A DNA stretch of 63,875 nucleotides, filler included. It is 13 parts of 13 records of this genome, joined end to end, with 100 filler letters (N's around TTAATTAATTAA, not from the genome) between each part and the next. Parts side by side here need not be neighbours in the genome. Positions count along the whole stretch, not along the records: positions 36,568 to 41,377 come from SRR15195285_6462; positions 41,478 to 47,087 come from SRR15195285_6463; positions 47,188 to 51,019 come from SRR15195285_6468; 10 more parts are not named here. One strand, 5' to 3'. Positions 36,666-47,424 of this stretch are shown here, one piece after another. A program made the translations under genes and the position numbers. Every line of letters starts with the position of its first letter. Position 1 is the first letter of the stretch. The notes beneath the pieces are model-generated. The model searched no databases. It saw only the letters and a program-made list of their open reading frames with translations, and had not been told where the DNA came from.

Positions 36666-38531
36666 ATGGCCGACATGAGCGAGACAGAGGAAGGGGAGAT
36701 CGCGCCCAGCCCGAGGGCAGCGCAGCGCAGCTCCCCCGCCGAGTCCCGCTCAACGAAGCGCCGCAGCCGCAGCCGCAGCCGGGGTAGCCGCAGCCGCAGC
36801 CGCAGCCGCAGCCCGGACGCCAAGAGACACCGGGAGGACGATCGGCGGCGTGACGACTCGCGCGCGGGAGGCAGGCGGCGCAGCCGGGAGCGCGACCGAG
36901 ACCGAGACCGCGACAGGGATCGGGATCGAGGGCGCGACAGGGATAGGGGGAGGCCGCGCAGTCCCGAGCGCAGGCGGCGCAGCCGCAGCAGGGATGCTGG
37001 GCGCAGCGATGGGCGCGGCAGCGGCGGTGGCGCCGGCGGGCGCGACCGTCGTGACGTGGTAGACAACCGCCCCAGCTGGGTCAGCCGCGGCGGCGGGAGG
37101 GGCGCGTCCCCCAAGGCGGCGGCGAAGCCGGTGGAAGAAGAGGAAGAGATCGAATGGGACGAGGACGAGGAAGACGAGGAGACGAAGGCGGCGCGCTTGA
37201 TTGCGGAGAGGCGAGCGAAGAGGAAGGCCATCATGGAGAAGTACAAGGATGGCGAGCCGGCTGCTCCGGTGCCCGCCGCGACGCCGGCGGCGCAGCAGAA
37301 CCAGGCGCCCCCAGCGGAGGCTGCTGCTTCCGGCGCTGGGGGTGTGGCGCCGGCAGGCACTGCAGGTGTGAGTGCAGGCGCCGGGAGGGACGGGCCCGAG
37401 GAAGACAATGACATGTTTGGCGATGATTTCGAGGCCGGTGAAGGTCTGCTGGAGGGTCAGGACAGACTGATCGACGACGTCGACGCGGGGCTCGAGGAGG
37501 ACGCCAAGGACGAAGAAGGGTACTACTCGGCTCGGTCCGGTGACATGTTTTGCAAGGGTCGCTATCAGATCGTCTCCGCAGTCGGTCGTGGCGTGTTCAG
37601 CTCCGTGCTCTGCGCGAAGGATACGCATCGATTCGATGCGGAGGTAGCGATCAAGGTGATCCGATCGAACGAGGTCATGTCAAAGCTGGCACAAAAGGAG
37701 CTGACCTTGCTAGAGGAGCTTCGCGCCAACGACCCTGAGGATCGCAAGCACATCGTAAAGCTGCTGGATCACTTCAAGCACAAGGGGCACCTATGCTTCG
37801 TGTTCGATAAGTACGACGCAAACCTGCGTGACGTCATCAAAAAGTACGGTAAAGGCGTAGGGATCAACATTACTGCTGTACGGTCGTATGGTAAGCAGAT
37901 GCTTATCGCGCTGGCGCACATGGCGAAGTGCTCAATCATGCATGCCGACATCAAGCCGGATAACATGCTGGTCAACAAGGCCCGGAACATAGTCAAGATC
38001 TGCGACCTGGGATCCGCATCAAAAACGGACGAGTGCGAGATCACCCCGTATTTGGTTTCGCGATTCTACCGTGCCCCTGAGATCATGCTCGGCCACAAGT
38101 ACGACTGCAGCATTGACCTTTGGTCAGTTGCCTGCTGCCTCTACGAGTTGTACACCGGGAAGTATCTCTTTCCTGGCCGTGACAACAACCAGATGCTCAA
38201 GCATATCCAGGATTTGTGCGGCCCATTTTCCACTAAAATGCTGCGGAAATCGATGTTCCGTGAGCTGCACTACACCGACGAAATGATGTTCGTCAGCAAA
38301 GAGAAGGACCCTGTAAAAAAGTCGTTTGTGTTCCGCAACATTAAGTATGTCGCCCCGACTAAGGACTTGTTCAAAATGCTCTGCCCGGACCCAGACATTT
38401 ACGAGGTGGATGAGCTACGGCGCATTCAGCTGCTAAAGGATATCCTCGATAAGATGCTGGTACTTGACCCTAGCAAGCGAATCTCTGTGAAGGATGCGCT
38501 CAACCACCCGTTCTTCACAACGAAAGGATAG
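36666..38531 (+). CDS. PRP4K: PRP4 serine/threonine kinase (PRPF4B)
   Basis: RS/RD-rich N-terminus, 'GRGVFSSV', 'HADIKPDN' and 'ITPYLVSRFYRAPEI'. Confidence 0.97.
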   Translation: MADMSETEEGEIAPSPRAAQRSSPAESRSTKRRSRSRSRGSRSRSRSRSPDAKRHREDDRRRDDSRAGGRRRSRERDRDRDRDRDRDRGRDRDRGRPRSPERRRRSRSRDAGRSDGRGSGGGAGGRDRRDVVDNRPSWVSRGGGRGASPKAAAKPVEEEEEIEWDEDEEDEETKAARLIAERRAKRKAIMEKYKDGEPAAPVPAATPAAQQNQAPPAEAAASGAGGVAPAGTAGVSAGAGRDGPEEDNDMFGDDFEAGEGLLEGQDRLIDDVDAGLEEDAKDEEGYYSARSGDMFCKGRYQIVSAVGRGVFSSVLCAKDTHRFDAEVAIKVIRSNEVMSKLAQKELTLLEELRANDPEDRKHIVKLLDHFKHKGHLCFVFDKYDANLRDVIKKYGKGVGINITAVRSYGKQMLIALAHMAKCSIMHADIKPDNMLVNKARNIVKICDLGSASKTDECEITPYLVSRFYRAPEIMLGHKYDCSIDLWSVACCLYELYTGKYLFPGRDNNQMLKHIQDLCGPFSTKMLRKSMFRELHYTDEMMFVSKEKDPVKKSFVFRNIKYVAPTKDLFKMLCPDPDIYEVDELRRIQLLKDILDKMLVLDPSKRISVKDALNHPFFTTKG

Positions 38532-38600
38532 CGAGAGGAGGACCGTGGCTGTGGCATTGATTCAATTCAAGTCTATTCCGGGTGACACAAAACTTCTCCA

Positions 38601-40697
38601 TCAGAAGAGCAGGATGATTGCGCTGCAGTTGTCCCGCGAGCCTCGTTTCAATGCCGTGTGCACAAGCCACCGGGACAGCTTGCCAGCCACTCCGCGGATC
38701 ATCGGCGCACCTTCACTCCCAGCTGCGGTCGCATCTTCACCATCTGGCGGCAGTTCCTGCTGCTTCTCGTATTGCTGTTGCTCTTTCTGAGCACGGCGCG
38801 TCAACTTGTTGTAGCCTTCATTGACCACCTCGACAATCTCCTGGTCGCTCATCACATCAGTCACCCCATCGCAGCACAGAACAAGAAACAGTGCAGTGCT
38901 ACCGTCAGTATCCAGGTTGATTGATCGTGTGGCCGGCAAGACGGAGAGGCCCTCCATCGATGATGCATGGCCACAGCTATCTACTAGGTTCATTTGCGGC
39001 TCGGGTTCGGATTGACACGGCAGCTTCATCATGTTGGCTTCGGTTTCGGTTTCGGGTTCAGTCTGTGGTTCGTTTGCACTCGCGCAGGAGTGGTTGCCGA
39101 ATGCGCGGGTGACCGCCAAGCTGCCATTGAGCCGGCCTCCTAGGATGAATCCACCGGAGCTGACCACGCGCGCCCGCTCGGAGGGGGTACTTGTCCGGTG
39201 AGTCTGGTACAGACGCTGACTTTCCCACTTCATGCCGTTGTTTGGGTCGGCAGTGCAGAGAATGGCGGCACTATCGCCCACGTTGGCGAGGTGCAGCCAG
39301 CGGCGGCTGCTGATGCTGTCCCTGGTGACCACCGCTGTCACCGCAGTCGCGCCGGAAGTGAGCGCCGCATCGTTTCCAGAGAATCTTAGCTGCAAGTTGC
39401 TCATCAGGTACGCCGAGGTAAACGCGTCATGCATGAGCTGCGGCGTCAGTGCCACGGGCGTGGAAGCTTGGATGGGCGCCGAGGCGTCGGCTCTGTAGGT
39501 AGCATCATGCAGATCTCGCAGGCATCGAAATGAGATTTCGCGGGAGAGGTTGCGGTAGAAGTTCTGTTGAAGGAATTGGGCACACTTGTCACCGCCTGAA
39601 GCACAAAAACACGAGCGTTAGAGTCTGCTCTGAGCAGGAATTAGCATATAGTGTGCTGACTCACCGTGTCCATCAAATAGACCTGCGAAGATCATGTCGT
39701 CTTGCTCCAACATACGGCAGCCAAGTGCGCCCGTCAACACCGGTGAGACCTGGCCAATCGGGCTACCTATGCTGCTGCTGGCGGCGGGAACACCGGAATC
39801 GAACAGCTCTGGGTCCGTAGGCGCAGTGAGCCCTAGTTCCAGAGGTTTTTTGTGCTGCTGCTCGAACACATCAGTCATCGATCGGCATTTGCGTTGCGGT
39901 CGCGTGGACTTCTGCCGGACAAGCCCTCCGGGCGGACCTTGCGACTGTTGGCGCGCTAGAGGTCTCGGGGATAGCAGCTCTTGTGTCTTGACTTGCATGG
40001 CTCCCGTGCTGCTGCTGCGTGCCCGTACGGTGATCTTCGGGCGCTGCTGCGGCACCAGCACTCCGCCAGCGCGCGCCAGTCCAACGCGGGCCGTGCGGTG
40101 CAGCCTCAGGAGGACTATGGCGGTGTCTTCGTGCTCGCTGCGCCAGCGTTCGTTCGGATCGTCAGCCATGCCAATGTCGTGACACAGCAGGTCGAGAGAT
40201 GCCAGCTGGCGAGGCGCGAGGATCGCGTCCTTGTTGAGCTTGCCCGCCGCCGCGGCACGAGGGGCACCAGCTGTCTCGGACCGAGGGGGGGTCGGGGCGG
40301 GCACGTGCGGCGCAGGCGCAGCCGGCCCAGCACTCTCAACGCTGCCTTTGGTGGCCGCCGCCGCCGCTGCCGGGCGCACTGCCTTGCGCGGCCGTTCTTG
40401 CGCCACCTCGGCGCGCGCACTTTCGGGGGCGTGCCCAAGGGGCGGGGCGAGCGTCCATGGACCTCCAGCTGTCGGTCGGCTGTGCCCCCCCTCGGAAGCG
40501 CAGCGCCGCAGCGGCGGCACGGCCGTACCTTTGCCGCCCTCGCAGGAGCACGCACGCGCCGTTTGCTGCGGCGGCGTGTAGGAACGCACTCGCACCAGCA
40601 TGCGTCGGTGTCGGGTTGTCGAGGCCGTGCTGGGCGCCTCGTAGGGGTACTTGCGGAGCTCGTGCGGATGGGCCAGCGCGCTGCTCACAGCCAGCAT
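38601..40697 (-). CDS. PP2C (PPM family) protein phosphatase
   Basis: 'RSEHED', 'FAGLFDGHG|G' joined over a GT-AG intron near 39598-39665, 'ANVGDS', 'LAVTRAFG', 'LCCDGVTDV' and 'GSRDNCS'. Confidence 0.92.
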
Positions 40698-41477
40698 TCA
40701 CCCCCAGCCTGCAAGGGCCTGCGCCGCCTCCGCCAGTGCGTGCGTGTGTGTGTGTGCCGTCCTCCCTCGGTGAGCAGCAGCAGCAGCAGCGTGTTGTGCG
40801 CTTCGTTGCCAGTGTCAATGCGCGCGATGAACAACATCGAATATCCTTGTCGAGGACCCCGGAATACCTATTCATAATTACCATGCATCTTGCATGCTGA
40901 TATACTCATCTTCACAGTATGCCGAGTATCCGACAGCTGTACCGTTGTGATCCCGGTACATGTATGAATTGATTTGTATCGTACACGGCCGCAATGGCAA
41001 GCAAATCGGCAATGCTTGCACAAGGATCTTGCGCGCGCCGTGCAGTGCTGGCCGGCGTGTCCTGACCTCGTGCTTCGATTGCTTGTCCAGCCGCCCCAGG
41101 GGCGAGGCACCATCCGGAGTGCACTGGCCGAACGCATGTCACGCACGCTTTTGGTGTGCTGCAACCTGGGCACTGATTCAGATGGTATCCCCGGTGAGAT
41201 TCAACGCGCGTCACCGCCATTCGAGATCGATAACGCGTGTCACAAAAATTGCTTACGCAAGCGCCAAAATGAAAAATTGGGAGCACCTTGTTCGGCTTAG
41301 CCGATTCCCCTGAGACCCGAAATACCGACTCTTCTCAACCTCAACCTGGCGCCCGAATGGAGTTTTGCAGACACGCANNNNNNNNNNNNNNNNNNNNNNN
41401 NNNNNNNNNNNNNNNNNNNNNTTAATTAATTAANNNNNNNNNNNNNNNNNNNNNNNNNNNNNNNNNNNNNNNNNNNN

Positions 41478-41507
41478 GAGCTACGCGCAACCTCGCAACA
41501 CCTCTAC
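41478..41507 (+). repeat. 30-bp inverted repeat, left contig end
   Basis: GAGCTACGCGCAACCTCGCAACACCTCTAC is the exact reverse complement of 47058-47087. Confidence 0.97.
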
Positions 41508-43437
41508 CGACAATCGGCCGATGAAGAACTCCAAGTGCGGTTGGCCCGGGTGGGCAAAACGGAGTACGACAGCCGAGGCGTGGTGCGAGAGCGGTTGCGG
41601 TGTTGTTCAGGGTAAAGAGTGCTGCGAGGCGTCGTGCTGCGGGCCGTCCGCCACGCTTGCGTGCCTTCCTTTCGACCTCAAGACACGGCACCTGGTTGTC
41701 GTCTCGGACACACCAGATGCACGCCGACAGCTGTCGCACAATGATGATGGTGACGACGGATCCCATATCGCACTCGAGGTCGGTGACGAGGTGACGGTAG
41801 GCTGCGAACATGGATACGTCAGTCCGGCGAACCTGGAGTACCTGAACGGCCTCGACGTGCTAAAATGCACCTCAGCAGAAACAGGCCCAGCGACGACGCT
41901 CACGTGCGTGCCGCCCGTAGTGAAAGTGTCAACCGTCAACAGCGGCAGCCAGCCACCCGCGGGCGGCGACGGTCTCGGGAGCGGAAGCAGCCATGTTGGT
42001 GTTGGCCTGCTGACGCTCGCAGGCTTCTGCGCGGCAGGCTTCGCGACAGTCATCAGGAAGCGCAAGCATATGGAGCTGGGGCTGCAAGTGGGGTTGCTGA
42101 TGCAATCAGACAGCTCAGACAGCTCAGGCAGCTCATCACGGCGCGGATCATGGCTCGGATCATTGTCGGCATCATGGGACGGCGGCATGCCTCAATTAGC
42201 TTTTGGCGGGGCTGCTGCTCCTGAAGTGAAACAGGAGATGGAAATGGGCATGGCGGCTGGATCCATGACGCAGGAGATGGGGAAGGACATGATGGCTGGA
42301 TCCATCCAAGAAGAGGCGATGAAAAGCTTGGGCACTGCATCGTGCTCGCTTGTGATCCCCGGGGAATTCCCGCCGGCTCCGGTAGTCGAGTCCGCAGAGG
42401 GCCAAAGTGATCCAGCAACGCACTTGTATGGTGATCACATTTGGATACCTGAGAGTCCTAGCAGTGACGAAGCCACTGACGTCTCCGCGGACGGCGGCTT
42501 CGACACCCCGTGGGAGGTCGAGGCCAGCGAGTTTTCGACGATAGAGCCGTTCAGGTACGCCGGCGCACACCTCAGCTTCTGCGCACAATGCCGAGCCCTA
42601 CCCTACAGTCCAATCAACCACTAACCGATGGGCGCCTACTTTTGCAGTGATTCTGCGGAGGATTCGTCGGATGCGGAAGCATGGCTACCGGCGGCCCCAA
42701 TTGAGCAGCCGCTAGTAGCTGATTTGCTTGGCCCTGGAGCTCTTACGGACGCTGAGATAAGCTCATTGCCGCTGCCGCCGGAGGTGGATGTTCGCATTGA
42801 CACAGCGGAAGCTCTGGTAGGCTGGGACGGCCAGCAGTGTCTGCCCGTCGGAGCCCAGGAGCATTTGCCCGTCGTGCCCGATCCTCAGAAGAAGGCGGCT
42901 CGGAAGAAGTCTCAGGGAAGTCGCGGGGGTGGGGCCGGTGGCGGTAGCAGTAGTTCCGCGCCTAGTCGGCCCGTTCGGCGGCATACTATGGTTGCATGCC
43001 AGGTAGGCCTACGACCGCACCCAAATTCCTGAGGCTCGTATTCCCCTTGGATTGGATTGCGATTTTGAATCACATTTTGGCCGATTGGCTGGCTGATGTT
43101 CGATAATGTAGATGCCAGGATGCACATACCAGGGGTCAACTCGCGCGCACTTGGTGCGGCACATGCGATCGCATAATGGAAGTCGACCATTCGTCTGCCC
43201 AGAACCAGGCTGTGGGTATGCCGCTTCACAGAAGGAGCACCTGGCGACACATTCCCTCAAGCATTCGGACGTGAAGCCGTTCAAATGCGTTGTCTGCGGT
43301 GCGTGGCGCCATTTGTGCCACTGCAGCGTCACACTCAAGTTGACTGGCATGTGTCGTTGCTGCCGATAGGCTTTGCCACGAAGCGAAAGGAGCACCTTAC
43401 TCGACATATGCGAAGGCATGATCGAGATGCGAAATGA
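41479..43437 (+). CDS. Membrane-anchored C2H2 zinc-finger protein (Cys-rich/Sushi-like, TM, acidic region, C2H2 x3), probably 5'-partial
   Basis: Introns 42555-42647, 43003-43111 and 43299-43369 join the TM exon in frame to fingers CQMPGC..HMRSH, CPEPGC..HSLKH and CVVC..HMRRH. Confidence 0.8.
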
Positions 43438-43564
43438 AAATACGAATGAATAATCTGTAGGTTAACTCCGTGGCACGTTGATCCCCTCTTGGCCATGAAC
43501 TCTTCAGCACTGCAGCAGTGGAGAATGTAGCCTCCGATACCAAGTATTCACTGCACCAGGTAGC

Positions 43565-45372
43565 TCATTGCTTGCCACCAACAGCCGCCACAGATGTGTT
43601 CAGGACCGGGAAGACCATCTCGTCCACGCCGCGGCGAGGCTCATGGCGGTCCGGCTGTTTGTGATGCAGAGACGTATCGCGGCTCACATCCCAGCGTAAT
43701 AGCTTGCCGTACTCCGTCAGCAGCTCACTGCATTTGTCCCAGTCACAATCTAGTCAGATGCGATATGCCATGTTGCAGCCAGTAGTAGGTGTCTGGGTGT
43801 AGTCTTGTGAGCAGTTCTTGCAATCGCTTACCGCCAATATTCCTTGACGTCCTCGTTCCGAAGATGGTCGCGGATGAGCTCAAAGCCACTTCGAGCAATC
43901 TTTCGAACCGCAGCCTCGTTCCTCGGGTCCATCGCCCATCGAATCTTCAGCTCGGCATCCACCATATCATCACGGAGAGGGATGTAGTGTACCCATGGCT
44001 TCAGCGCGGGGTAAAAGAACTCGAGCCAGCTGTTTGCATCATCACCGACGTTGAAAACCAAGCTCTCGCACAGAAAAAGATGTTTGAACCGAAAGCTTGC
44101 TGCGACACCTGTAGTCACGGCAAACAAATCGATTTGCATGTTTTGTTGGCAGTGTCGACGACAGGGGACCACACTAGTAGCGGTCCAGCAGTGGCTGCTG
44201 TAACCAAGATGGACAGCATTGCCGTGAAATATCGGCAAGCTGCCTGATGTTTTTCTAAAATCTAGATGTGGCTGTTTGCCTGTCAGCTTGCCACATGCGT
44301 GGCTATTGCTTACCACGAGCGTTAAGAAGGTACTTGTAATCGCAATGATCTTCGAGTTCCACCGGTGGGACAGGCTCTACGCCAGGAAGACCTGATCAAG
44401 TGCAGGGCTCACAGTCTTTGGTAAGTATGATCGTGGAAAAAAGAGAACGAAACAACCAAAATTGGGAGCAGAAGTTCACGCACCGGACTCTTTTTTGTAG
44501 TTAGGAGTGTAAGCAGCGTCCATCAGGTCAGGGTGCTCATTCGAAAATCGGACGATAGCGTCCCGTTGTGGCGTGGTGCGAGCGCCGCGAAAGAACGCAA
44601 GGTCCTTCCGACCGTCCCATGGCTTGGTCGCACCCGCAGCGATGATGCTGTCGCGCTTGATGTCAAAACGGCCAAGGCCGCGTGGGTACAATGAGATAGC
44701 AGGCCCTCCGGACCAGAAAGTCCATGCGGGATACATGATATCGCCGTATTGACCGACTACTGAGAAGGAAAACACGGGAAGCTGTGCGCTCGCCGCATCT
44801 CCCTTGTAGACCAGCGGATTGTCTGCAGGATTGAGTAGCAGTTCCATGTCAGGCAACTTGGCGCCGCCGCGTGCAGCGTCTTCTGCAAGCAGCCAGTGCA
44901 GAAAGTACTCGATGCCGCGGCAGCGTGGCTCGAACATGCACTTCTCATCTCGATAGAGCTGTCCAGCGACAATCTGGTAGTGGCTTAGTTTGCGCATGCC
45001 AAACTTCTGCTGCGCCGCAAGGAACTGATCACGCGTGATGCCGCCGCCACCCATGCGCCATCGTTGGAGGTCGCTATGAATACGAGCGCCATAGCACTCG
45101 TGCGCCGTCGTGCAAGGTATGTAATCACGCAAGGCAGTTGCCACGGCGAGTGAATACTCGTGAGACACGTCGCCATCGGCAGGCAGTGCCTCGCACAGGG
45201 AGCAGTCTCGGTTGGCATATCCACCACACTTCGACTTGGCTACAGACCAGCCAAACCCCGCAGCAATGCAGGCATCGCAGCTGCTGTACGCATCGAACTT
45301 CCCGCCGAGCGCGCTGGGAAGCACCAGCACGAGCATCAGCATCAGTGCTGACAGCCACTGCTCGATGATCAT
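43565..45372 (-). CDS. POGLUT1: Protein O-glucosyltransferase POGLUT1/Rumi-like (GT90, CAP10 domain), four exons
   Basis: Signal peptide, 'CMFEPRCRGIEYFL', 'DIMYPAWTFWSGGPAISLYPRGLGRFD', 'FFRGART', 'EDHCDYKYLLNARG|VAASFRFKHLFLC' and 'WLEFFYPALKPWVHYIP'. Confidence 0.9.
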
Positions 45373-46009
45373 CGCCTACTACGCTCTGTATTAGTACATT
45401 ATCTTAGAACCGGTAGCACTATATACTATTGCGTGCAGCGAGCCTGGCCGTGTCGACAATGTAGAGCCTAGCTCTCCCGCGAGCTGCAGTGAGGCTTGAG
45501 GCTGGGCGGCTGGGCGGCACAAGACGGTTGACGCGTGCCGGCGCCTCCGACTCACGCAGTCGTTGTCAGTGGCGGCCTACTGCGCAGCCTGCGCGTGGCT
45601 GCCGTGGCGGGCACCGGCGTGCGTCAGCATGCGCACGCGGCATGCGCAGGGAGCGCGATACGATCGCGCGACGACCGCTCCCGCCCGCATCATCGGGTTA
45701 TCACAGCGTGATTATCGGTACATGTGTGTGTACACACAATTCATCAACTTTGTCATCCTCTCCTGGGAGCATGCCAATCTCCTGGAGTTTGCGCCACAAT
45801 TCGACGTCGTGGTTCTCGGAAGCTGAGGCTGGAGAAGGGCCGCCGAACTGGCGGCCATTCCTCGTGTGCTGGGGCGACATCAGCATGTCGGACATCGGGT
45901 CGCCCAGGAGGGTGTCGGGTGTCCTGCGCCGGAGAGTAGTACTGTAGTGATGCAATGGGGAGCAGTAGTGATGCAATGGATGGACCACAACGTGTTGCAT
46001 TGAAAATAG

Positions 46010-47087
46010 TTAGCACTTGGACAGTGCGTAGCGCTGGCCCTTCATAGTTTTAATGGTCATCCTGCCATATGGGTCTACATCTGGGAGTCCACGTCCTATT
46101 CCGTCTGTCACCAGGACCTGTCCTGGGACTTGGTCGCCACGACTGCTGTCGTGTTGGACGCAAACCTTCGGCCACGGCTTGGCAAGTACAAGCTCCGCCG
46201 CGGCCAAAGATGTCACGCGAATAGGAGAGACCACGTCTCCATGATCCCAGCTCGCGCTGACAAGGAACGCCTTTGCTGACCGGAGCTGCGTGAAACTGAC
46301 GCTTGAGTCCACCGGCCACGCAGGGAAAAGTACCAGCGCACTATCGATCGTCTGGAGCAACATGAGGTGGATGGCTTGGATCGCGCCAATATCTTCGAGG
46401 CCTCCGCCGTTGTCATTCTCCCATCCGTTGTTTGTGCCGTTGTTGGCGCCACTGATCAAGGGAATTGCCCGCGTAAAGTTCTCTAGAGTCGCTCGCGCCA
46501 TCTGTCGATTAGCGACTTTTGCAGCAGGAGGCCAAGCTAGGCAGAATCCTGCACCCCCTGGAGCAAAGCTGTCTCCATCGTTCTCCATTTGCACAGTATT
46601 CCGTGCAACTTCGAGCAGCTGAGGGTCAGATGCAAGATCAATCACTTCAGCTGGATGCATGGCCGCGAAATGAGCTATTGGGTAGCCAGAGTCAGCTCCA
46701 GGATCGGGCATCATGCTGGAGTTCACACCGACGCCTTCAGCAAAGATTGTACCGTAGCGAGATGGTTGCTGAGGGAACTTTGCCAAGCCTCGGAGCATCC
46801 GCTGCCATTCTGCACGATCCTGAGCCGTCACTGATTCATCCAATTGCAGATGAAGCCGTAGTGCTTTTGCATGTATGGAGTCCGGTTCAGTAAGTGTGAG
46901 CAGCTTAGTGTAGGCCATACGAGCGTACGCAAGATCTTGGTGTGCGTTGTGCAGGTTGCCCGATGGAGAGCAGATCTCCTGCGCACACGTGTATGGAATG
47001 TCGTACACGACGCTGGCACCATCAAAGTCGCCACTTGCATTGTCAGCAGAACTACTAGTAGAGGTGTTGCGAGGTTGCGCGTAGCTC
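46010..47087 (-). CDS. GH95-like six-hairpin glycoside hydrolase C-terminal part, 5'-partial
   Basis: 'HFAAMHP', 'AIHLMLLQ....LVLFPAWP....SFTQLRSAKAFLVSASW..G.V' resemble the GH95-type C-terminus. Confidence 0.7.
47058..47087 (-). repeat. 30-bp inverted repeat, right contig end
   Basis: Exact reverse complement of 41478-41507. Confidence 0.97.
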
Positions 47088-47424
47088 NNNNNNNNNNNNN
47101 NNNNNNNNNNNNNNNNNNNNNNNNNNNNNNNTTAATTAATTAANNNNNNNNNNNNNNNNNNNNNNNNNNNNNNNNNNNNNNNNNNNNCAATCTGGCCACT
47201 TTTCAGTGCTGCACCCCGATACGGACAGTGCTGCATGCACTGCAGCTGCTGGTCGCCGTGGGCTGATGCCCGCGTGAAGCTGAACGAGATATGTTTAGCC
47301 TGCAGGTGTAGCGCGTGTAGCCCTCGCTGCTTCGTTCTGAGGTAGCACGCCCAGTTCTAGCGCGTGCTCGGGACACGTCCATCCGCCTCGTCCACGCGCG
47401 CATACGCGTGTACGTCGGACGTGG

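Noticed and set aside
36760-36950. GCAGCC and GACCGA-type hexamer repeats
   Set aside because: They encode the normal RS/RD domain of PRP4 kinase.
36512-37628. Long antisense ORFs opposite PRP4 kinase, and similar ones opposite ubiquilin, PP2C and SPFH
   Set aside because: Shadow ORFs expected from GC-rich, repetitive coding sequence; no domain features.
45701-46000. Small minus-strand ORF and a duplicated GTAGTGATGCAATGG
   Set aside because: No recognisable domain or splice support.
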